In this document: positions 51,741 to 64,000 of the stretch, in pieces
Position numbering within the stretch: the first letter of the stretch is position 1
Layout of the letters: each line of letters opens with the position of its first letter
Assembly: GCF_018350175.1 (NCBI RefSeq)
Contig: NC_058368.1
Location: forward strand, 73,968,001-74,032,000
Direction: 5' to 3'
Source of the DNA: Felis catus
Lineage: Eukaryota
Length of the DNA stretch: 64,000 bases
The notes under the pieces: model-generated
Told to the model about the DNA's origin: nothing
Database searches by the model: none
What the model saw: only the letters and a program-made list of their open reading frames with translations
Program-made: the position numbers and the translations under genes

Positions 51741-52669
51741 CTTGAATGGGGTGGTAGGGTCATTCCTTTTTTAAATAAACATTCTTCCTGTCTGCCACAA
51801 AGGCACAGATGTGTGAAAGCACTAACTTGGCAAGTTTGTAATTAATTTTTAATCTAAAACTCATTTCCTACATAATAAATTGAAGGTTTATTTGCAGATG
51901 ACATTGAAATATGCTCATCAGAACTCCTTAAGTCATGATCTCACTGTCTGCCCAGTCACAGAGCTGAAGGAACAAGTGTCCCATCAAATTCATCAAACAC
52001 ACACACATACACAAAATGTGTGAGCGCAATGGTGAAGCCCTTCTTCAGTGTGGATCTTCATTTACTGTTTATTTATTCAGAAAAAAATTAATTAGAAACA
52101 TATGTTATAATTACAACTGCATTCTTCCTGCTGTAATTAGCCATATAATTAAATGTACAATTTAAATATTGTATATATGTGGGAACAAAGTTCTGCTCCC
52201 TGAACTGCCAGGTAATAACATAAGGAAGGAGTCCAACTGAAAGATGAAGGTAGCTGCTCTAATGTCCCAGCCAACGTTCAATCATTATGAAATAGCAGAA
52301 GTCATGTCGTCACGTTAGGTCGGCCTTCCTATGGTCTCCGTCTTCATGTTCTCCTTTGGCATCCAAATGCAGTGGTTTGAGGGGACGTGACCACACCCGC
52401 AATCCAGAGGAAGCACTGCCTCCTTTCTCCTATTTCGGGGGCACCTTCCTTACTTCTTTGTAACTTTGATTACTAACTTGTCAATTGTTGTTTTTCAGCA
52501 ATGGGTAACTGGAACACTTAATTCTGCAAAGACGTGTAATTGGTTTTGTTCAAACTTCTCCCTTCTAGGCTATGCCCAGTGAGGCTCTTCATTTCTCTGT
52601 CAGAAAGGCTCAGAGCAGGCTGCTTTCTACAAGCAGGCTTCTGAATGTGTCTTCTATCCTAGAAGCATG

Positions 52670-52812
52670 TTTCCCTTCCTTCTTTCCCTCCTGCCTTTCT
52701 CCCTCTTTCTTCCTCCTCCCTTCCTCCCTTCCTTCCTTCCTTCCTTCCTTCCTTCCTTCCTTCCTTCTTCCTTCCTTCCTCTCTTTTCATTTCTTTTCTT
52801 CTTTTCTTCTTT

Positions 52813-52867
<55 letters not shown>

Positions 52868-52925
52868 CTTTTCTCCCTGCCTCCCCGCCTCCCTCCCCCT
52901 TCTGTCTCCCTTTCTCTCTCTCTCC
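52670..52925. repeat. Polypyrimidine tract with (CCTT)n and (CTTT)n
   Basis: About 250 nt of almost only C/T. Confidence 0.97.
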
Positions 52926-53311
52926 ATTTCAGTAGTGTTTCCTTCCTGTTACAGGTGTCTCTGAATTTGAACAGAAGAAAGAAATTCTTTTTTTATTGTT
53001 TTAAGATATACAAAGCTAAGGGATAGAAATTGACATCACTCCCAAGAAAGCATGATTTCTGGATTCCAACTGTACAATGATGGAGAAATCCATATTGATT
53101 ACTAAGTGAACACTCAGCTGTCAAGGATTGACTGTTGGTCATGAGAGCATCCTTTTTGTCATCATGTCCCAAAAGTTGTGGTAAAAGAGTTCCTGTGTTA
53201 ACCTGATGACTTGGGAGCTGAGTCAGGGACACTTACCTCATGTGTGTTTTGATTTTAGTTGTTATTAGTCCTCGTATATATGGAATCACATTTGAGGGTA
53301 ACTGGTTGCAT

Positions 53312-53509
53312 TTTTCAAATGTTTATTTTATTTTGAAGACAGGGCACAAGTGGAAGAATGGCAGAGAGAGAGGGAGAGAGAGAATCCCAAGCATGTTCCA
53401 CGCTCAGCACAGAGCCCAACACGGGGCTCCATCCCACAGACCATGAGATCATGACCTGAGCCGAAATCGAGAGTCAGACACTCAGCTGAGTGAGCCATCC
53501 AGGTGTCCC
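53312..53509 (-). mobile_element. Can-SINE, older subtype
   Basis: GAGAATCCCAAGCA...GAGATCATGACCTGAGCCGAAATC...GCCATCCAGGTGTCCC. Confidence 0.92.
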
Positions 53510-54839
53510 TCTGCTTTCATTTTAAACTCAAGTAAATAGCACCTTTATGTATTCATTTATGTTGATCGGAAAACTATAAGATCTTAGATGAAACCAGTAA
53601 AATAATGAATGACTGGTGGTTGAATACTTGGAATTTCATTTTGCAGGGGCTCATTGGACTGCTCAGTTTTGTGGATGAACGTTGGGTGGCTCTTGCTTTG
53701 GTGGACTGGATCCAGTCATTAACGGCCTCGCCTCTTCATACTGTGAGATCATTACATTATCTCTGTCCTCAAACTTGCCTTGTTATTATAAGAGAAGAGA
53801 CACCTTCCTCTCAGTATTAAAAAATAGGACTGTAATTTTAACTGAGGAAGAAAATCTATGCCTCTTTGCTCCAGAGACCTAGATTCATGATTATTCTCAT
53901 AATTTCCTAATTCTTAATCCCACCAGTTTCCTTTTACAAAAACAAAATCATAGCAATAAAAATGGAAACTTTCAGCTGAGCTCCCCTTAATCTCTCTCCT
54001 TAATCAACTGTCCATTCCAATCCTCTCCCTGTTTTGCTTAATACTAAGTGATGTCTTGGTTCTTCTGCTAAAAGCTTTTTTTTTTCTTTTCTTTTAAGTT
54101 TTGCTTCATTACTGTTGGCATGTCCATGTCTTTGAGAAACAACTCTTGCACAGGATCCACTAATAAGTATAAACTCTCCTTTATTCCTAAAGGCGTCATC
54201 GATTCTTAATGATTACAAATCCCACCCTACAGCACTGCAGTGAAGCAATAGCAGGGAATTCATGAGCAGGAGTCTTATCCTGGCCCCAGGCCCTTTTCAC
54301 TGATGAAAATAATAATGTGAATTCTGTGAAGACTGACCCTTTGAAATTATTATGTTAGATATTCTCCTTTGCACATTAATTATTTACACATTCCCAAACC
54401 TTACATATAGTAATATAGGGGAATCCAGGGAATCACTATTTTGGCTTCACTTTGGCATAACTCTTTGTGCATTGAAGCCATATGATGTGCATAAATGTCC
54501 CAGATGCATTCCATACTCCATTCTTTTTCCCTTGTCCTCTCCTCATAGAAACTGCCACCAGAAACGTGTAGGTGGCCAGTCACACAAGCTAAGTCACACA
54601 CTTATGCTACCTCGTAAGTGAGGTAAGGAAGGAGTCTGTCAGAAGGTATGCATGTCTAGGCTTCGTGGTGTCTGGTCTCAACCTGTCCCATAAAATTATT
54701 AGCCTGGCCAGGATCAATATCAATTACGTTCAGGCTTTGAAAATTCAACGTGTAAATACCTGAGTGGAATTTCCACTTTTTGACTTGATTATTATGTTGT
54801 TTCATCAGGAATGAATAAGAGGCAACTCCTGATGCTGTT

Positions 54840-55268
54840 AACAGTCAACATTCCAAACAGAGATAGAGATAGATAGATGATAGATAGATAGATATAAATA
54901 GATGGTAGATAGATAGTTTCAAGGAGCTGGTTCATATGAACCACTTGGGTGCTGCCAAGTGTTAAATTTGTAGGGTAAGATGACAGGCTGGAAATTAAGG
55001 GAAGAGTTGATAATACAGGACAGCAGCCTGGGAAAGTCAGGCAAGGCTCTTCTGTTGCGATCTTGGGAACCTGAGTCTTTAATGCTTTCAACTGGTTGGT
55101 TGAGGTCCACCCACATTATGAAGGGTAATCTGTTTTATTCAAAGTGTATTGATTTAAATGTTAAACACATATAAAAAATACCTGCACACCAGCATTTAGA
55201 CTGGGGTTTGACCAAACCACTGAGCACCATAGCCTAAGCTGGTTTGACCCATAAAATTAACTGTCACA
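54840..55268 (-). mobile_element. MLT2 (C/D-like) solo LTR with internal (GATA)n
   Basis: AAGGAGCTGGTTCA, GAGGTCCACCCACATTATGAAGGGTAATCTG, TGTTAAACACAT, TTGACCCATAAAATTAACTGTCACA end. Confidence 0.88.
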
Positions 55269-55574
55269 CGGAACTGTCCAAACCCCTCTGGAGATGCGGA
55301 CATGTGTTCAATCTTTAAAATCTTTGCTAAGAAAGTGTATCATAGGCTTTCTTGAATGCCAGTTAAACACTTAAAAATCCATGTGTTAAATCACCGTCCT
55401 TGTCTTTGCACCCTTTCTAATAGAAATGGATAATAATTAGATAGTATACCTAATTCCTATACGTTAATATACTTCTATAAGCAACTTTAAAAATATCCCT
55501 CTAACAGATGATTTCTATGTGCTGTGAAATATGAATTATATGGTTTTCAGTAGGTTTTAAACTCTTGGGTTTAG

Positions 55575-55878
55575 TTTTTTTTTGTAAACAGTTTTATTGA
55601 GATATAATTCATATACTCTACAAATGATCTTTTGAAAGTGAGTATTTCAATGACCTCTAGAAAACTGAAAGAGTTGTATAGCCATTGCCACAATTTTAGA
55701 AAATTTTGATCACTTCAGAAAAGAATCCCTGTACCTATATGCAGAGTTCTCCATTTCCTGTCAACCCCCACCTCTCCAGCACTGGGTACCACAAATCTAC
55801 TTTCTGTCTCCATAGATTTTCCCAATATGGACATTTCATGCAAATGGCATCATATAATATGTGACCGCTTGTGACTCA
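55575..55878 (-). mobile_element. L1MB-like 3' end fragment
   Basis: CAGTTTTATTGAGATATAATTCA...CAAATCTACTTTCTGTCTC...GGACATTTCATGCAAATGG. Confidence 0.85.
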
Positions 55879-56679
55879 TCAAGTCTGGTTTTAAAATTTC
55901 AGTTTTGTTGAGCCCCACAAAACATAGATAATTCTAATGAAATGACAAAGAAGAAGTGAAGGAATATTATTTGTGAAAGACCATTGGCTAATTTTCTTAC
56001 CAGTTCCTCTCACTGAAAGTGAGTCATCATTATTAGGGTGTTTCTAGAAGCCTGACTGTCCTGTTTCTTTGTTTTGTTTCTTATGTTTTAACATGATCAT
56101 GAGTGAGGTCCTTGGTTGGTGAATTCCAGGTTAAGGTCCAATTTCCTAAAGCAGATGCGGGGCTTTCATTCACTTTTCTCCATAATCCAGGCTCCTTTGC
56201 TCCTGGAAACCTGGAGCAATGGCTTAACACCGCCTTGATGCAGCCTCGTCCTGGGTTCCTGACTCTCAGTTCCTGACCCTGTTCCCGTGGTACCTACCTC
56301 TGGTGCATCCTCATTTTCACTTTATACTACTTAAATTATAATTATATAATTTTATAAAAATTTCATAATCTTGCAGCAATCTCTTTCCACTATGTATAGA
56401 TATTTAAAAATAAAATATGGCAGGCAGTCAAGTATATAATTCGTAAGTATATAACTAATGTTTTAATACCTTACAAAGTCATGAAAGATTCTTATTAGTA
56501 TTAGATTCTGTACACATACATATATATTATATACACAAACATATATATATATACACACACACACACGTATATATTTTTGAGATTAATTTCCCTATAATCA
56601 ACTTTTTAAAAAGAGAATGGGCATATAAATTACAGGCACGCTTGAATAATTTTATATGCATTACTATCTGGAAACTTTT

Positions 56680-56891
56680 TTTTTTTTTCAACGTTTATTT
56701 GTTTTTGGGACAGAGAGAGACAGAGCATGAAAGGGGGAGAGGCAGAGAGAGAGGGAGACACAGAATTGGAAACAGGCTCCAGGCTCTGAGCCATCAGCCC
56801 AGAGCCCGACGCGGGGCTCGAACTCCCGGACCGCGAGATCGTGACCTGGCTGAAGTCGGACGCTTAACTGACTGCGCCACCCAGGCGCCCC
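56680..56891 (-). mobile_element. Can-SINE, youngest-looking subfamily
   Basis: TTCAGCCAGGTC and GGCGCAGTC diagnostics; TSD CTGGAAACTTTT. Confidence 0.97.
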
Positions 56892-56941
56892 TGGAAACTT
56901 TTATTATATCAGTCAGCTGATACCATGGAAATGAATATTCA

Positions 56942-57143
56942 CTTTTTAAGTTTATTTATTTATTCTGAGAGAGAGACAGCACAAGCAAGGAAGGGGCAGG
57001 GAGAGAGGGAAAGAATCCCAAGCAGGATCTGTGCTGTCATCTGAGAGCTCAACGTGAGGCTCAAACTCACAATCCATGAGATTGAGACCCGAGCTTAGAT
57101 CAAGAGTCAGATGCTTAACTGACTGAGCCACACAGATGTACCC
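56942..57143 (-). mobile_element. Can-SINE, older subtype
   Basis: GAATCCCAAGCAGG...GATCAAGAGTCAGATGCTTAACTGACTGAGCCAC. Confidence 0.92.
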
Positions 57144-57425
57144 GTTTTATTTTTAATGTAACATGTGAAAAAACAAAGTAGTATATGAACATATATATTA
57201 TTTATAAAGGCTAATAATAGATTATATGTCTTTCAGCTGCCCCCCCACTTAAGCCCTAAAATAATACAAAATGATGCGGGACCTAGCTGGGTTTTCATCA
57301 CCGATCACACCTTTCTGCCTTTCCTCAGAGATAACCACACTGATGGACTTTTTCTCTATCCTTTTGCTTAAAAAGTGTATCACATATGGTTCCCTCAGAA
57401 ATCTTGCAAGCACCCGTTGCTTTTA

Positions 57426-57654
57426 TTTTTCAATTCTTTTTTTAATTTTTTTTAACGTTTATTTTTGAGACAGAGAGAGAGACAGAGCATGAACGGGGGA
57501 GGGTCAGAGAGAGAGGGAGACACAGAATCTGAAACAGGCTCCAGGCTCTGAGCCATCAGCCCAGAGCCCGACGAGGGGCTCGAACTCACTGACTGCGAGA
57601 TCGTGACCTGAGCTGAAGTCGGACGCTTAACCGACTGAGCCACCCAGGCGCCCC
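57426..57654 (-). mobile_element. Can-SINE, young
   Basis: TSD CACCC(G/T)TTGCTTTTA at 57411-57425 and 57656-57670. Confidence 0.96.
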
Positions 57655-57743
57655 TCACCCTTTGCTTTTATGAGAGTTTCCTGTGTCTCTTTTCCCTGGA
57701 TACTTGTCACTGTCCCACTGCCAGAGAACAGAGTGGAGTCTTT

Positions 57744-57805
57744 TTTTTTTTCTTTTAAAGTTTATTTATTTTTTGGAGGTATTTTATTTATTTGTTTTTT
57801 TAAAT

Positions 57806-57844
<39 letters not shown>

Positions 57845-57989
57845 TATTATATATGTAATGCATATTATATATATTTATATTTTTAAATGTATTTTATTTT
57901 ATTTTTATTTATTTAATTTTTTAAAATTTATTTTTTAGAGAGATAGAGAGAACACGCCGGGGCCGGGGGCAGGGAGGGGTAGAGATAGA

Positions 57990-58035
<46 letters not shown>

Positions 58036-58143
58036 CCCAAGCTGCCAGCACAGAGCCTGACCGCGGGGCTCAAGCCCACGAACGGTGAGATCATGACCCG
58101 AGCCGAAATCAAGAGTTGGACGCTTAACCGACTGAGCCACCCT
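57744..58143 (-). mobile_element. Can-SINE with a very long AT-rich tail
   Basis: SINE body 57935-58143 preceded by about 190 nt of (TTTA)n/(TA)n; GAGTCTT on both flanks. Confidence 0.9.
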
Positions 58144-58364
58144 GACACTGAGTCTTGAAAGAGGGGTAGCATGGTTTCAAGAAGGGAAATTGTGACAGCC
58201 TGCTCAGCCTTCTACTCTATATTCCACATAGAATGTAGAACAGGGCAAATGTTGAAAAACCGCAGAAAAGAGAAAGAGATGGTGAACTTGATCGTATTTC
58301 AGAGATCTGGCCGGGAAGACAACACAAGACGGAAGCAGGTGGCACGGTGGACACGGCGAGGACA

Positions 58365-58545
58365 CTAGAATGAGGCGGGTCTGCGTGCGAATCCCACCTC
58401 TTGCAGCTAGCAGGTGGGTGGCCCTGAACAGTTACGCCACCTTCTGAACCTCTGTTTCCTCAACAGGAAAGAGAGTTGAGGTCGTTTCTCTCACCGCTTG
58501 TGAAAACCCAGCACCTAGTAAGCCTTCAGTAAATATTAGTTTCTT
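58365..58545 (+). mobile_element. MIR
   Basis: GAATCCCACCTCT...CTAGC..GTG...TCTGAACCTCTGTTTCCTCA...AGTAAATATTAG. Confidence 0.7.
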
Positions 58546-61345
58546 TTCCTGTGTACAAGCCTCACACCCACCCCAAAATCCAGTTCTTGCCTCTGTCTCT
58601 CTTTCCCATCTGTTTTCTTTTCTTTTCTTTTTTTTTTAAATATATTATGTTTTTTGTCTTGAATTTGTCATGTTTGACTATCGGCACTGCCGGGCCACGG
58701 TATTGTAATTCATCCAATTCTTTCTTCTTTAGCAAAATCTCCCCCCTGCCAATCTTTAGGCCTTTAGGTTACCCTGTCATCTTGCCTCTTGGTTTGGTTA
58801 GTTTTTTTGGCATTTCTGATGTTTCTCAAAAGTAAACTTGCAGGGTTCTTTTCCATCAGCAGTGACCCACAACAATAAAAGTAAGTGTCTGTATGTTTCA
58901 GCGAAAGGCGGACAAACATCGCAGTGTCAGGAAAGACAGAAGTGTCAACATCAGGTTGATTCTGCCGGGACCAAGGGCCTTTGAGAGACCTGATCATCCC
59001 TCTCTCCGTCACTCACCATGGTTTCAGGGCTGCTGTGAACCTGACTGGAGGCACAGTTCAGCTCTATCTCGCTGTGCTCTGTTTTCTAGAGAACTCACAT
59101 TTAGTCTTGTGGGGCGTGTACCCCTCATACAAACACTTGCAAGCAGTGAGCTAATATCCTGACCTGGTAGGTGTCTGAAGGATGTGGGTATTTGAGATTC
59201 GGAGGAGGGTGAAGGTCTGGCCTAAAGAATCATTATAATTTCCTGCCACAAGAGCTACATTAGCAAGAGAGACGTGGTAACACGGTGACGTACCAGAAAA
59301 ATATTGGCAAGAGCCTTGAGGAAAAAAGTCTTCCTTAATATGTTTTCTTGTATGTAGTTGCACTTCTATCAGCACATTCTTTTGAAAAATCAGTAGATGA
59401 CAAATCTTGCAGGTCAAATGTCGGTATTGATCAAAATGTTAGAAAGCACAAGGGTCTTCAAGGACATATGCTATCGATTTATTTTATTGAGTTTCTACAG
59501 GTCTATTAGGGCTATTCCTTGGTGGGTGTCTTATATCTGAAAGCACAATTAAAATCCATTCATAATATCTGTTCAAATAAAACATCTGCAGATAACAGCC
59601 ACAGAGTTCCCCCCTCCCAAGCCAGCTTTTGATAAAGAACACATAATTTTGTATGTGCACATGTGTAACTTGCCTTACTTAGGCACTTGGGAGATGGTTA
59701 CAAATCAGTTGCCAAGTGTGGAGGGTAGGCGGGAGGATGGTGAGCTTTCAAATAAAGGTCAGATGGAACTGTTTGGGAAGCCTTAGGGATTTTTGAAAGC
59801 AGTGCTGTCAGATAGGAGGTTTCTTGCTGTAGGTGGCCCAGGGCTTATGGAGGATTACAGGACACTGAAGGGAGGCACAAGCACGTAACTGTATTTATTC
59901 AAGGAATGCGTTGCTTAGAAAATAAATTCACCATTATTAGATTCCAAAAACCTGAATACACAGGAAGCTAGAAAATCAGATATTCAAATCAGCAATCAAT
60001 TTATGACCACATTCAAGACGCTTGAATATGATGTAAGATGTTTATGTATCACACTTACCTCATAGACGTGCTTCACGCGACGTGATGTATTCATTCTTCA
60101 TCCGGGTCCTAAGCAGTGTGTGTTTCCTTTATGGTGGTGACTCTGCTCTGCATTAATGAATGTCCTTGAATATGCAATTGCTCAACGAAGTTCACGGGAA
60201 CTGAAGAAGTTTGGGAAAATGTGAACTGAATCTATAGAGGAGCAAGATGAAATGAATATCTACAAAATGGCTTGGCAAGGATGGAGCATTTACTTCTTTT
60301 AAAAGCATTGACAAATGGCAAAGTAGGTGATCGATGCCCAAGCATTGATGCAATTTTTCTTCTTTATTCTCTGTCAATATTGGTGCAAAAAACACAGGCT
60401 AAGAGCAGGAGTTAGATGAACTAAGTTCTACTATCATTCTCCTCCAAATGTCTTGATTTCCTTTTTCCCCCCCCTCTTATGTCCTATGAAAGTTGGAATA
60501 TGTCATTTAGTATTTTTTGTTTAGTATTTTTTTATTACAAAAAATACTACCTTAACCATCCCTGAAAAGCTATTTATTCCTAGGCTAGTAAACAGTAACT
60601 AACATGAAATAAATTATTCCGTGTCAGTTGACTTGCTGGTTACGATTAGATGGGGAGCCATGTCCAAATGGTGAGAAGCCATGTCCTATAGGCCCAGGGA
60701 GGGAGAGAGCACAGAGTAGCTCAGGTCATATCCAATGGCATAACAATCATAAACCTATTCAGTATGTTCAGAATTTGATTTCTGACTCTAATGTTCAGGT
60801 ATTAGGCAACATGGTGGAAAACAATCCTCAGAAGTAGTCAGAAGGAAGACAAGCCCACCTTAATGATCACCAGCTTCCAATGTGATACGGTATGCAGATT
60901 CTACTCTAAAGGTGAGACAGATGGGAAGTGTAATAGGAAATTAAAAATATGACTAATGATACTAATATAATTAATAGTTGACTCAAATTCAAATTAGCTT
61001 CTTTATGAGGCTTTGGAATTCTTTTTTTTTTTTTTTAATTTTTTGTATTTTTTTAATACGTAGAATACAAAACTTGTAACCCTGGGGTTGCCTTGACCCT
61101 AACCCAGAGTTCTCTGCCTCATCTGTCACGTCATGTTTTCAATCCGATCATTTTTTACTTCTCAGGTGCCTTCACTTCTGCCCCTTTCTTTTCAGATGAT
61201 TGTCTTTTGTTTAAAGCCTTTCTCATCTCTGGCCCAAACCATATGTTCTGTTATCTTATTGGGACCATCGTGGTCTCCGATGACACATGGCTTTCATATT
61301 TGAACTGAGGAATTATCTCCTGGAAACTGTATTTAAAAGAACGTC

Positions 61346-61512
61346 AGGGCACTTGGGTGGCTCATTTGGTTAAGCATCTGATTCTTGATCTCATCTCAGG
61401 CCTTGATCTCAGGGTTGTGAGTTCAAGCCCTGCATTGGGCTCCATGCCTAGCATGGAACCTACCTCAAGATAGATAGATAGGTAGATAGATAAATAAATA
61501 AATAAATAAATT
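61346..61512 (+). mobile_element. Short older carnivore SINE with a (GATA)/(AAAT) tail
   Basis: GGGCACTTGGGTGGCTCA...TTCTTGATCTC...GAGTTCAAGCCC...GGAACCTAC. Confidence 0.88.
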
Positions 61513-61929
61513 TCAAAGAAGTTTCTATGTTGCTTGATTTAGTCATTGACTAAATAGGATTTGATTTTATTCTCCTTTAATTATTATGCTTACAAATTGA
61601 CAATTAAATTGGAATTTCCCTTTCTTGAATGGACTCAGTATTGAATGGTGAGCCAATTAAGAGACATTGAACTTGATGTAGATCAGCACTGTTACTATTT
61701 GCACATTTGTTTTTAAGGCATGAAATAGAGCACACATTAGTTATTTTGCTATATGCACTTGACTTTCTAAAGACATATTGCTCAAAGACGTGATACAAGT
61801 GAAACAAAAATCTTGTTTCAAGTCAACCAAATATCAAGCTCATATCAAATCAAGTTTCATTTATAACTGTGTACTATATTGATATTCATTTACCTGATAT
61901 TTTACCGGGGAAAAATTATGATGATTATA

Positions 61930-62170
61930 TCAAAAGCTTACACTTGCTGAGAATTTCTGATTCGTCAGGTACTTTCTACCCTTCATGGTTTCTAAAGTTC
62001 ACATCCTTGCGAAGTGGGCACTTATTACTATCCCGATTTTCAGTTGAGGATTTGAGGTTTGGTAAGTTCCCAAAACCTTGCACAAAATTATGCAGGTGAC
62101 AAGGGAGAGAGAAGACGAAACCAGTCATGCAGACCACGTGTTCTGGAAGCCCTGTCTGACTCCTGCTCAT
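61930..62170 (-). mobile_element. MIR
   Basis: TATTACTATCCCGATTTTCAGTTGAGG...TAAGTTCCCAAA...GTCTGACTCC. Confidence 0.6.
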
Positions 62171-62450
62171 ATCTGAGGCAGCACCTGGGACTTGGTGGAG
62201 GCAAAGAAACTCAGGTAGGGTGAGTAATTCATAGTGCTTTGCACAAGACTTTACCACATCCAGCACAGAAAGTCCCTTGTCCCAGGAGACCTGTCAGTTG
62301 TGGGGAAACCCAGATGGTCTGTAATCCTAATCCCAGTCTCTGCCTTGAGCAAAGAGATCATAATTTGCATTGCAAACACCACAACTGATGCACAAGATAC
62401 ATGGAACGTATTGTTTTTTAATGTGTCATTCATTTTCTAAAAGTTTTCTA

Positions 62451-62639
62451 GGGGTGCCTGGGTGGTCCAGTCAGTTGAGCATAAGACTCTTGAATTCGGC
62501 TTAGGTCATGATCCCAGGGTCATGGGATTGAGCCCCACATCGGACTCTGTGCTGAACATGGAATTTAGGATTCTCTCTCTCCTTCTGATCCTCTCCCCCA
62601 CTTGAACACATACACTCTCTCTCTCTCTCTCAAAAAATT

Positions 62640-62694
<55 letters not shown>

Positions 62695-62695
62695 T
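62451..62695 (+). mobile_element. Can-SINE whose tail has become (TA)n(TG)n
   Basis: GGGGTGCCTGGGTGG head and (CT)n; TTTCTAG on both flanks. Confidence 0.92.
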
Positions 62696-63289
62696 TAATA
62701 GGTTTCTAGAGAAACTAAATCTTGGGGCCAGCTTTCATTTGCTGCATTGACAACAGCTCAGTGGATCTAGGCATACACCATGCTCATATGGATTAAAATT
62801 CTGATTTATTCATCACTAGAAATTCCTGTCTTCTGAAGAAAGAAGTTGTCCCACTATCCAGAAGTGACATCGAACTCCTCAGAATTATCATGGTTTGAGC
62901 TCACAGCACTGCAAAAACTGCATATGAAAAAGAGAGGCCCGTGTGATTATTCCCTCTGATTGTAGCAAGAAGGATGTAGGTTGTCAAAAAATTGTAATTT
63001 TAACTGAGAAGTGACATATAAATGCATTGATATAGTACAGAACATACCTGACGTCTGTATTGCCAGTCTCCCTTTGTATTCTCCCTGGATTAGGAGGCTG
63101 TATCACTTTATTAGTGGAAGCCACACTTGTCATACCCCAGTTTAAATGGTATGGCTTGTTTAATAAGCCTTTCATATTTCACTTATACACTTTTATGCCT
63201 TGGATTTTGCAAACAAAATTCTCCCAGCATGTGAAATCTCAGGGGACGTAGCTAGAATACTGAGAAAGTTGGCAATGACTATTTCTATC

Positions 63290-63460
63290 TTACAGCATAG
63301 ATTAAAAACAGTTAGACCTGGAAGAGACCTTAGGGAAAATATAGCCCATTTATTTTATGAAGGAGGAAATTGAGACTTATCAGAGTTCAGTGACTTCCTA
63401 CGGCCATCCAGCAAGTTCATAGTACAAACAGGCTTAGAATAGACCGTCACTGAGAACAGA
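63290..63460 (-). mobile_element. MIR (MIR3/MIRc-like)
   Basis: CTGGAAGAGACCTTAG...ATTTTATGAAGGAGGAAATTGAGAC..AGAG..AGTGACTT. Confidence 0.7.
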
Positions 63461-64000
63461 TCTGACAACATTGGGTTTACCTTGAGCACTCCTCACGTTA
63501 CTTGAAACAGAAATTAATAGCTGTTACACCGAAAGAAAATTTTAGACTCTCGCTGAAAAATTACATGATCACAGATGTCTGTTTGAGGGAAAGTGGAGTA
63601 TGGCATTGCAGAGAGGTGCCGTGAAGGGTTGTTCCCTTTTGCACCCGCAATCGAGGTAGCAGGGTCAGCAACAGCTCACGGAAACTCGGGAGAATCATGC
63701 TCCACGTTTGATGTAATTTCTAATCTTAGGAAAACTAATTAACTCTTCACTATCTTACTTTTCTCATCTGTAAAGTTTGTTCCCTCCCTGTAAAGCAGTT
63801 CCCTCCCTGACTGAAGTGATTATTGGAAGAAAGACATTGGCTATCGCATGCCTACCATATGGCACTACAGAGGGGATAGGAGGGAGTCTTCTCATCATTA
63901 TGTAGATCTCCCTGCTAAGGAAGAGAAGGAGGGAGGGTGTACCTCAGAAAGTCTGAGAACAAGAGAAGATCAGCAGTGGTGAGATCAAGAGAAGGAAAAG

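Noticed and set aside
52572..53026. F/L/S/P-rich ORFs
   Set aside because: Translations of the polypyrimidine microsatellite
3715..58172. Many ORFs sharing motifs such as WVAQSVKRPTSAQVMIS...LEPASDSVSPSLS or GRGRERGRHRI
   Set aside because: They are translations of Can-SINE copies, not a protein family
59583..59595. TAL1/GATA1 composite element
   Set aside because: E-box to GATA spacing is far shorter than the canonical 8-9 nt, so it is not called as the composite
1..64000. Inferring host-gene strand from repeat orientation bias (about 20 minus versus 12 plus SINEs; three L1 fragments on minus)
   Set aside because: The bias is modest and two old L1-like remnants are on plus; insufficient to call a host gene or its direction

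Overview
This is mammalian non-coding genomic DNA, almost certainly from a felid (domestic cat or a relative). The evidence is about 32 carnivore tRNA-derived Can-SINEs of feliform type (GGGGCGCCTGGGTGGCTCAGTCGGTTAAG...(CT)n...AATAAA-polyA), many with clear target-site duplications (TSDs). The rest is CpG-depleted and built from older eutherian repeats (L2, MIR, L1/HAL1-like fragments, MLT1 and MLT2 LTRs, hAT elements MER3, MER94 and Charlie4-like), microsatellites and several repeat-free unique blocks. I found no credible protein-coding gene, CpG island, rRNA, functional tRNA or CRISPR array. The supplied ORFs are chance frames or SINE/L1 read-throughs; only one carries a recognisable motif, a decayed L1 reverse-transcriptase FADD. 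The window looks like a large intron or an intergenic regulatory region. I see no evidence of a novel biological system. The items most worth following up are a compact ETS/STAT/SOX motif cluster (~30.15-30.35 kb), several splice-site-bounded candidate non-coding exons, putative conserved non-coding blocks, young and possibly polymorphic SINEs, structurally odd SINEs, and non-B-DNA tracts. Repeat family names come from recalled consensus motifs rather than a database search, and boundaries of old repeats are approximate.
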